Part shown: positions 57,170 to 64,000 of the stretch, one piece after another | Layout: every line of letters starts with the position of its first letter | How positions within the stretch are numbered: the stretch's first letter is position 1 | Assembly: GCA_965205485.1 (NCBI GenBank) | Contig: OZ242180.1 | Span: 3,840,001-3,904,000 of the forward strand | Direction of reading: 5' to 3' | From: Candidatus Latescibacterota bacterium | GTDB lineage: Bacteria > Latescibacterota > UBA2968 > GCA-2709665 | DNA: 64,000 bases | Notes under the pieces: model-generated | Told to the model about the DNA's origin: nothing | Databases searched by the model: none | What the model saw: only the letters and a program-made list of their open reading frames with translations | Translations under genes and position numbers: made by a program

Positions 57170-58249
57170 ATGCCCGAACTGCCGAGGATGTTTCCGGTCT
57201 GGGTCGATGCGAAGAATACGCGGGTTTACGGGATGGATGACGACGAATTCGGCGCACTCTGGTTTACCGGCAGTCTGCCGGCGCTCCACAGATACCAGCC
57301 GGATTCGGGAGAGATCGACACGATTCCGATCCCCGAAAAGCACGGGGGAAGTCAGTGTCTCTGCGCCGGGGGGAAGGTCTACGTGCTGCCGCAGACGAAC
57401 GAGAAGCTTACGGTTTTCGACGTCGCGGCGGAACGCGTGGACCAGATCGACAAACCGTTTCGGGAGGCAAACCTCTGGTATGGTCACGCGGACAAGGCGC
57501 GCAACGTGCTATATTTGCCTGAGCGGTCGAGGCCGTGTCTGGTCATTTGGGACGTTGAGACGGAACGGGGGGAGGTGCATGAATATCCGGAACCCGGTTC
57601 GCTGCCGGACATCGGGGAGGTAGAATGGCCCCGGCGGCTGGAGACATTCGCGGTTCCTGGAAACGCCTGCTTACAGCGCCGCGTGTACTACGATCCCGAT
57701 GCTCGTGAATTCCTGGCTGCAGACTCGCATCGGATCCCGCCGTCGCGCCCGGGATCGCGTGCTGAGCGGTTTGTCGTGAGTTACGGGGAGGGTCGGCTCT
57801 TCCGGCTGGACCGCCGTACGGGAGAGACGTATGAACGGGATGTGCCGGGATGGAAGGAGGACTTCGGATTCATAGGCGGCGGCGTGTTTTACCGCGGGTG
57901 GCAATTGAACAACCTGAGCACGTACGATTCGGGATTCCGGTACGACGAGAAGACAGGCGATTATATCCAGGTCAAAGCGGATCCGCACATCGGGGTGGAC
58001 GGACTGCCCTATCACTTTATGGACCGCTTTATCGCCTATCACCCGGAGAGTGATACGTTCGATCTGCTGGTTCCCGACGTGCCTCAGTCGCGATACCCCC
58101 AGCTGTGTTATAACAAAGTGGCGGACGGGCACCTGTACATTACGGCAAACGACATCTGGTCGAAGGAGAAACAGCGTCCGCTGGGGTCTGTTGAAAGCCC
58201 CGTGGGCCAGCTGATGGTCCTGCAGACACGCCGCATCGAAGACCGTTGA
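57170..58249 (+). CDS. Hypothetical protein, probable beta-propeller
   Basis: Repeated blade-like segments (LWFT, LHRYQP, LTVFD, LVIWD, LFRLD, FIAYHP, LYIT), AGGA SD, no signal peptide. Confidence 0.6.
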   Translation: MPELPRMFPVWVDAKNTRVYGMDDDEFGALWFTGSLPALHRYQPDSGEIDTIPIPEKHGGSQCLCAGGKVYVLPQTNEKLTVFDVAAERVDQIDKPFREANLWYGHADKARNVLYLPERSRPCLVIWDVETERGEVHEYPEPGSLPDIGEVEWPRRLETFAVPGNACLQRRVYYDPDAREFLAADSHRIPPSRPGSRAERFVVSYGEGRLFRLDRRTGETYERDVPGWKEDFGFIGGGVFYRGWQLNNLSTYDSGFRYDEKTGDYIQVKADPHIGVDGLPYHFMDRFIAYHPESDTFDLLVPDVPQSRYPQLCYNKVADGHLYITANDIWSKEKQRPLGSVESPVGQLMVLQTRRIEDR

Positions 58250-58355
58250 CAGGAAGACGCCACCGATGGGTTCCGGTCCGCTGCAATGTGGTCTTCGGTG
58301 GACGCGGTCACCCGCTCCCATGAAGGCTGATGGAATCTGACGAGAGGAGGCAACG

Positions 58356-59258
58356 ATGGAAAAGGTAGGGTTTATCGGTCTGGGTATTATGGGCAAACCA
58401 ATGGCGATCAACTTGATCAGGGCGGGGTACGACTTGACGTTCTACGCGCGTCGTCCTCAGATCATTGCGGAGATGGAGGGGTTGGGCGCGAGGGCGGTTG
58501 AATCTCCCGCCGCGGTCGCGGAACACACCGATATCATCATTACAATCGTAACGGCGGACCCGGAGGTGCGGGAAGTGGTTCTCGGCGACAGTGGCGTCCT
58601 GAAGGGCGCATCCGAGGGAAAGCTGATCGTGGACATGAGCACGATCTCGCCGCTCACGATCCGGGAGATCGCGGATAAAGCGGAAGCGAAGGGTGTGGCG
58701 GTGATGGATGCGCCGGTGAGCGGGGGCGATACGGGGGCGATCAACGGGACGTTGACGATCATCGCCGGCGGCGAGGCGGACGACTTTGAGAGGTGCCGCG
58801 GATTGTTTAACGCGATGGGAAGCGAGGAAAATATCTTCCACGTCGGGTCCGTTGGCGTCGGGCAGACTGTGAAAATCGTCAATCAGCTGATCGGCGGAAT
58901 CAACATGGCCGCAATCGCGGAGGGCCTGATCCTGGGTATCCGAGCGGGCGCCGACCCGGAAGTGATGCGCCAGGTCATCAGCGTGAGTTCTGCCAACTCG
59001 ACGTTGTTTCAGATCCGCGCATCGGATTTCCTGCTGGCGGGCTCGTTTGCACCCGGATTCATGCTGGATCTGATGAAGAAGGACCTGGGGATCGGCGTGG
59101 ATCTCGGCAAGGCGCTGAACCTGCCGATGCCGATCGGCGCGGCGACATACCAGATGTACTCCGCGGCGAGCGGTCTTGGTGCGGGAGAATTGGATTTTTC
59201 GGCGGTATGCAAAGCGGCCGAACATTTGAGCGGGACCCGGATTTCCCAGGACCGATGA
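58356..59258 (+). CDS. Beta-hydroxyacid dehydrogenase (tartronate semialdehyde reductase / 3-hydroxyisobutyrate dehydrogenase family)
   Basis: VGFIGLGIMGKPMA, DMSTISP, DAPVSGG, KIVNQ, MKKDL. Confidence 0.92.
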   Translation: MEKVGFIGLGIMGKPMAINLIRAGYDLTFYARRPQIIAEMEGLGARAVESPAAVAEHTDIIITIVTADPEVREVVLGDSGVLKGASEGKLIVDMSTISPLTIREIADKAEAKGVAVMDAPVSGGDTGAINGTLTIIAGGEADDFERCRGLFNAMGSEENIFHVGSVGVGQTVKIVNQLIGGINMAAIAEGLILGIRAGADPEVMRQVISVSSANSTLFQIRASDFLLAGSFAPGFMLDLMKKDLGIGVDLGKALNLPMPIGAATYQMYSAASGLGAGELDFSAVCKAAEHLSGTRISQDR

Positions 59259-59264
59259 ATCCGG

Positions 59265-60806
59265 TCACACCGTGCCGTATTTCGTCCGGAACCGTTCTCT
59301 CAATACGGCTTTCTGCACCTTCCCGGTTGCGGATGTCACGGGGAGTTCCGGGATGATCTCCACCCATCTGGGTTTCTTGAATCCCGCCAGACGGGCGCGC
59401 ACGTAGTCGGAGACCTCGTCGGGCGTGAGGTCTGCGCTGTCACTCGCCACGACCGCGGCCAGCACGGACTCACCCCATTCTCTGTCTGGGATGCCGACCA
59501 CGGCAGCGTCGCGGATCTTCGGATTTTCCTTCAGCAGGCGTTCGATCTCCAGGGGATAGATGTTTTCCCCGCCGCTGATGATCATATCCTTTGCCCGGCC
59601 GGACAGGTAGAGATAACCGTCGTCGTCCATTCTGCCCAGATCTCCGGTATACAGCCAGCCCCCCTTCAGCGCTTCCCCGGTTTTCTCGGGCAACTTCCAG
59701 TATTCGAGCATCACGGAGGCGGTTTTTGCGACCACTTCGCCCACCTCGCCGGGAGCAACCGGATTCCCGGTCGAATCGACAACGTCGAGTCCGACCGAGG
59801 CCATGGGTCGTCCCACCGAGCCGAGTTTTCCGAGGTCGCCTGACGTCAGACGGCACACGGTCAGGATGCAGCCGGCCTCGGTGAGCCCGTACGTGACGTA
59901 GACGTCGGACTCGAACGTCGCCAGGATGTCCTCGAGCAGCGCCGCGGGAAACGTATCCGACGAACCCAGGCAACGCTGTACCGAAGCAACGTCATGGTTG
60001 CTCAGCCGCTGGTGCGCGAGAATCCAGCGCCAGACCGTCGGCACGCAGAAGACGTTGGTTGCCCGGTGCTGCGCAACGGCCGACAGGATGTCACCCGGGT
60101 CCGCGCCGTCCAGAATGACGAGCGTGGCGCCCGTCAGGAAATGAGGAAGCACCAGACAATCCGGGCCACCCGTGTGGAAGAGCGGGTAGACGACCAGGCC
60201 AACGTCGCAAGCGTGCCCGCCGGTCGCCAGGGCAAGGGAGAGGGCTTGAAGGTAATGGCTCTTGTGCGAGAAAACCGCGCCTTTGGGAAACCCCGTCGTG
60301 CCGCTCGTGTACAGGATGATGTGCGGATCGTTCTCGTCGAGCTCGACTGCCGGTTCGACCGACGGCGATCTGGCTGCCAGGTCTTCCAGCCGGTTGCCGC
60401 GAGTGCCGCCGATGGTGAGCATCCACTCGAGTCCGGCCCCTACGTCAAGGCCGCCGACCTCGTCCACGAACCGGTCTTGAAGGATCAGGCCGCGGGCGCC
60501 GGACTGCTGCAGCGTGTAGTGGATCTCCCTTCTGCGGTACCAGTAATTCACCGGGACCATAATGGCGCCTGTTTTGGCCAGCGCAAAATAGACGGCAACG
60601 TAGACGTCTGAATTCCGGCTCAAGACGCCGATTCGGTCGCCTCTACGGACGCCCAGGTCCAGAAGGCCGTTGGCAATGCGATTGCATTGCGCATTCAGTT
60701 CGCCGTACGTCAGCGAGCGGTTGCCGAAAATGACGGCCGGTTTGCGCTTCAGACCCGTGTCGCCTGCGTTGCGTTGGAGTATGCTCCCCAGTAACATCCT
60801 GTCCAT
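59265..60806 (-). CDS. AMP-binding acyl-CoA synthetase
   Basis: LYTSGTTGFPKG, YGLTEA, TGDLG, GRAKDMIISGGENIYP, TGKVQK. Confidence 0.93.
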   Translation of the reverse strand: MDRMLLGSILQRNAGDTGLKRKPAVIFGNRSLTYGELNAQCNRIANGLLDLGVRRGDRIGVLSRNSDVYVAVYFALAKTGAIMVPVNYWYRRREIHYTLQQSGARGLILQDRFVDEVGGLDVGAGLEWMLTIGGTRGNRLEDLAARSPSVEPAVELDENDPHIILYTSGTTGFPKGAVFSHKSHYLQALSLALATGGHACDVGLVVYPLFHTGGPDCLVLPHFLTGATLVILDGADPGDILSAVAQHRATNVFCVPTVWRWILAHQRLSNHDVASVQRCLGSSDTFPAALLEDILATFESDVYVTYGLTEAGCILTVCRLTSGDLGKLGSVGRPMASVGLDVVDSTGNPVAPGEVGEVVAKTASVMLEYWKLPEKTGEALKGGWLYTGDLGRMDDDGYLYLSGRAKDMIISGGENIYPLEIERLLKENPKIRDAAVVGIPDREWGESVLAAVVASDSADLTPDEVSDYVRARLAGFKKPRWVEIIPELPVTSATGKVQKAVLRERFRTKYGTV

Positions 60807-60826
60807 CGTTACTCCGTCCCCGGAAA

Positions 60827-60865
60827 ACCGCAGGGGCGCGTTAACTCCGTACGCGCCCCTGCGGT
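60827..60865. repeat. Perfect 15-bp-stem hairpin (REP-like or terminator-like)
   Basis: ACCGCAGGGGCGCGT-9 nt-ACGCGCCCCTGCGGT, ending in a TTTT run on the minus strand. Confidence 0.75.
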
Positions 60866-60890
60866 GTTTACTCGAACATGCAATGTCAAG

Positions 60891-61051
60891 TGTCCTGTCC
60901 CAAAAATTCCTCACCATTCAGCCGGCGATTCATCCCGTCTCGCTACGTTCACCTCGCTCGCCGACCATACACAGGTCGCCTGCGCTCGGTCGCCTTGCGA
61001 GCCGGGCGACTCGGCGGTCGAATTTAGGCAACTTATTTCCGGGACAGAACA
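60891..61051. mobile_element. MITE-like element, copy 2 (161 bp)
   Basis: Same TIRs and orientation as 22471-22631, 152/161 identical, flanks CAAG...CTAG. Confidence 0.85.
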
Positions 61052-61059
61052 CTAGGGTG

Positions 61060-61620
61060 TTACTTTGGCAGCACCCCCAATTGGTCCGCAAACCGTCGCC
61101 ACGTGTCCACCGTACCGTCTTCGAAGGTGACTTTGAAGACGACGCTATCGATTACCGCGACGCTGATGTCTTCGTACACCCGGGTTGCGCCGTCGGTGTT
61201 TTCGAAGGAAACGCGGTTACCGTTTACGACCATGTCTCCGGTTGTGATTCTACCGGTCGCGATATGAGTTATTTCAGGTGATGTTCTGTAGCCGCCGCCG
61301 ATCTCCATATATTCATTCCGGGTGAAAGACTGCGACTCGACCGCTTCCGACTGAAAGCTATAGTTAAGACCTGAAACCTGGATCTGATTCTGGCCCTGAG
61401 AGATCGAGGCCGTGACATGCGCCGTGGTCAAACCGGTGGGGTACCACTCATAGTGACCGCTCACGGCAGGCGGCTTCAGTATCTTTCCGTCCGGCGTCTG
61501 CCTCGATTCCAGGCGCCATTTGCCCCGAAATGCAAACTGGTGTTGTGTCTCGTCCGCGCAACCCGTGATCAGCGAAACTACCGATCCGACGACCAGTGCG
61601 CGGCTCAGGGTTTTGAACAT
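61060..61620 (-). CDS. Hypothetical lipoprotein, possibly lipocalin-like
   Basis: Signal peptide with lipobox LITG-C, FRGKWRLES motif, beta-rich, ends TWRR. GAGGAGG SD. Confidence 0.6.
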   Translation of the reverse strand: MFKTLSRALVVGSVVSLITGCADETQHQFAFRGKWRLESRQTPDGKILKPPAVSGHYEWYPTGLTTAHVTASISQGQNQIQVSGLNYSFQSEAVESQSFTRNEYMEIGGGYRTSPEITHIATGRITTGDMVVNGNRVSFENTDGATRVYEDISVAVIDSVVFKVTFEDGTVDTWRRFADQLGVLPK

Positions 61621-61742
61621 CCGGTGTCCTCCTCGCCTCGGTCGAGAGAATCCGTCCCGGCTCCTTCGAAGAATCGTCGTCCGGCGTAAGGGTCAAGGAT
61701 CAATTACGCAACCGGCCGCCGGTCCTTCGATCGCGAAGAATA

Positions 61743-62867
61743 TCATTCGGGATTTTCAATGCAGAATCGATGTACCATTTTTGTGAAGACATCGGAACCC
61801 TTGAGGAGCTGGTCCCGCGCGATCCATTCGTCAACGGTGTGCGCCTGCTGGATATTGCCCGGCCCCATGACAACCAGTTCCATCGTTTTTCCAAATACCA
61901 TGCCATCCGTTCCGTAGGCGACGGTCCTGGGTTTCCGCCTGCCGGTAACCTGAAGCGCTTCCCGGACGACCGGAGAGTCGATGCTCGTGCTGAGCGGATC
62001 GAGGATTTTCGGCACTTCAATCCGGATGCCGTGTTTGTCCGCCATGCGTACCATGCGATTGACAACCGGATTCCAGTTCTGGCCCGGCATCGGCCGACAG
62101 TTGATGGTTGCGCGGCTGACGGGCGCCGTTACGTTTGCGGCCGTATCGCCGTCGGAAAGTACGATATTCAGGGTTGCATGCGGCGGATCGAACGCCTCAT
62201 TCCGATATCGGGCATCGGTCCTCAACATCCCGTCCAGTTTGACGACGTCGTTCAGGAACGGGATGAGCTTGTGATTGGCGTTCGCCCCTTTGCCGGTACT
62301 GCTGTGCGCGGCTTTGCCCCTGGCGGTCGCCTCGAACTTGAGCGAGCCCTTATGGGCATACACAACATTGAGAAGCGTGGGTTCGCCGACGATACCGTAC
62401 CGGATTTCGGACGACTTGAAGATCTTCGATTTCGTTGCTACGGTCTTCGCGCCGCCGCAGTCCGTTTCCTCATCGGCGGTGACGATGACGTATACAGGCG
62501 CATTGAGTTCCTTGACGGAGAAGGCGTTCGCAGCCGCGATCATACATGCGACGGACCCTTTCATGTCGGCGCTGCCTCGTCCGTAGAGCCTGTCGTGCCT
62601 GGCGGTAAGCTTGAACGGATCCGAAGCCCATCCCTCGGCCGGAACCACGTCGGAGTGGGCGAGAAGGGCGATGCCTCCTGTTCCGTTTCCCTTTTTCCCG
62701 ATCACATTTGTCTTTTGCGTGCCTGCCTGGTCCCTGTAATTGACGAGTTCCACCGACATGCCCGCCTTTCGAAGCCATTTGGCAATGGCCCGGGATACCG
62801 GCGTATTGGTGAATTGGGAGGCTGAGTTGTAGGAGACCAGGTCGGCGGTGATTTCAACCACATCCAT
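61743..62867 (-). CDS. argE: M20-family metallohydrolase, acetylornithine-deacetylase-like
   Basis: LLAHSDVVP, LYGRGSADMKG, ADEE, IVGEPT, AHSS, YGTDG, AHTVDEW. Confidence 0.75.
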   Translation of the reverse strand: MDVVEITADLVSYNSASQFTNTPVSRAIAKWLRKAGMSVELVNYRDQAGTQKTNVIGKKGNGTGGIALLAHSDVVPAEGWASDPFKLTARHDRLYGRGSADMKGSVACMIAAANAFSVKELNAPVYVIVTADEETDCGGAKTVATKSKIFKSSEIRYGIVGEPTLLNVVYAHKGSLKFEATARGKAAHSSTGKGANANHKLIPFLNDVVKLDGMLRTDARYRNEAFDPPHATLNIVLSDGDTAANVTAPVSRATINCRPMPGQNWNPVVNRMVRMADKHGIRIEVPKILDPLSTSIDSPVVREALQVTGRRKPRTVAYGTDGMVFGKTMELVVMGPGNIQQAHTVDEWIARDQLLKGSDVFTKMVHRFCIENPE

Positions 62868-62949
62868 GTTCCGCTCCTCTACGTGGCCCCGCCGGGCGAT
62901 GCGGATTACGGAAATGTCGAAATGAGAGTTCGTATCCTGTACGTACCAT

Positions 62950-64000
62950 TCATTCCGTGTTGGGGGGCTGACATGCCTGTCCTGCCAATTCCCCGCGGAC
63001 GATTTCGACGCCCCTTACCATGTTCCGGAGCTTCTGGAAGGCCAGCCACCGGGGCAACTGAAAGAAACCGCAGTCGGGCGTGACCGTGAGCTTTTCCGGT
63101 GGGACGTGTTGCAGGGTCAGTCGCACCCGTTCTGCGACGTCCTCGGGCGTTTCAACGTAAAAGGATTTGATGTCGACCAGGCCGGCGGCGACCTCCTTCT
63201 CCTTTGCGATTTCCGCGCAAAGTTCCAGTTCCACCAGTTCACGGTTCGCAAACTCCAGGGAGATCTGTTCGGCGTCGGCGCGAAGGATGTCGTCCAGCAT
63301 CCAGTCGTACCGGCGTTTTCCCCGCGGCCGGCTGCCCAGGTTTCCGAAACAGATATGCAGGCCGATCTTGGCGTTGACGCCCTGTACGGTTTCATTGAAC
63401 AGGTCGATCCAGCTCCGGTCGTCTCCGGGTACTATGGAAAACGAGGGTTCGTCCAGTTGTATGAATTGCGCCCCCGCGTCAACCAGGCGTTTGAGTTCGC
63501 GGTTGACCACTCCCGCGAACTCGTACGCGAGTTCGATCCGGTCCTTGTAGATGCGGTCGTCTTTCAGCTGAATGTGAATGGTAAGCGTCAGGGGGCCGGG
63601 GCAGGTGGCCTTCAATGGACGATCCGTAATGGAACTTGCGAATTGAAACTCCTCGGCGATACCCAGGCCGTCGGGGACCTGGATCCGTTCTTCGGGCCAC
63701 CAGCGCGGGACGCTGTCGTAGCCGTAAACACCCGTGCGCCGGAGTGTCGGCCGGGACGCAAGTCCTTTGAAACGGCGGTAAAAACTCTGAACGAAATACC
63801 AGCGCCGCATCTCGCCGTCGGTGATGATATCCACACCCGCTCGCGTCTGGTCCAGCATGGCGAGATGCACGGCGTCGTCGAAGGTCTCGCGAACGTCGGT
63901 GGGTCCGAACTCGCCCTCTTCGATTTGTTCCACAGCCGTCCAGAACCAACCCGGCAGCGCGTAGCTTCCGATCACACTCGTCGGTATCAATGGTAATTCG
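62950..64000 (-). CDS. Cobalamin-independent methionine synthase core (single barrel); 5' end lies beyond the window
   Basis: PTSVIGSY, DIITDGEMRR, PGPLTL, IQLDEP, zinc ligands LHICFGN and TPDCG. Frame stays open to position 64000. Confidence 0.88.
   Translation of the reverse strand, partial: ELPLIPTSVIGSYALPGWFWTAVEQIEEGEFGPTDVRETFDDAVHLAMLDQTRAGVDIITDGEMRRWYFVQSFYRRFKGLASRPTLRRTGVYGYDSVPRWWPEERIQVPDGLGIAEEFQFASSITDRPLKATCPGPLTLTIHIQLKDDRIYKDRIELAYEFAGVVNRELKRLVDAGAQFIQLDEPSFSIVPGDDRSWIDLFNETVQGVNAKIGLHICFGNLGSRPRGKRRYDWMLDDILRADAEQISLEFANRELVELELCAEIAKEKEVAAGLVDIKSFYVETPEDVAERVRLTLQHVPPEKLTVTPDCGFFQLPRWLAFQKLRNMVRGVEIVRGELAGQACQPPNTE

Noticed and set aside
1..64000. CRISPR array, prophage, integron, rRNA or tRNA genes
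   Set aside because: No regularly spaced repeats, integrase, phage structural genes or structural-RNA signatures were seen by eye. A covariance-model scan could still reveal small RNAs.

Overview
This is a GC-rich bacterial chromosomal segment with about 46 protein-coding genes. I found no rRNA, tRNA, CRISPR array or transposase. Gene content (PorX-type regulator, YjbH-like barrel, double-length UvrA, many sugar oxidoreductases) suggests a diderm FCB/PVC-type lineage such as Latescibacterota-like bacteria; this is inference only. From left to right the window holds: mutS2 (3' part runs off the window), cvpA, rpsU; a histidine kinase-porX-tsaE-yjbH-like operon; rqcH divergent from an atypical clpX; murQ and a UPF0182 gene; an isolated KamA radical SAM gene; queC, an orphan RND permease and a Rieske-helical protein; a zinc-ribbon ABC transporter with DUF1854; an OGG-like glycosylase; a glycosyltransferase/flippase/gmd cluster; nupC, VOC and AlkD-like genes; phnA coupled to a sugar oxidoreductase and a TIM-barrel enzyme; a STAS protein; a tandem-fused UvrA; a beta-helix, CBM9-like, two zinc-ribbon ABC transporters and DUF1854; sugar catabolism genes; an acyl-CoA ligase, argE-like and metE-core (5' partial). 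Two 161-bp MITE copies with terminal inverted repeats and CTAG/CAAG flanks are present. The best candidate for a poorly described system is the repeated module of an ABC transporter with an N-terminal domain plus CX2C-X10-CX2C zinc ribbon, followed by DUF1854 (three transporters, two loci). All annotations come from motif recognition by eye; no database searches were run.
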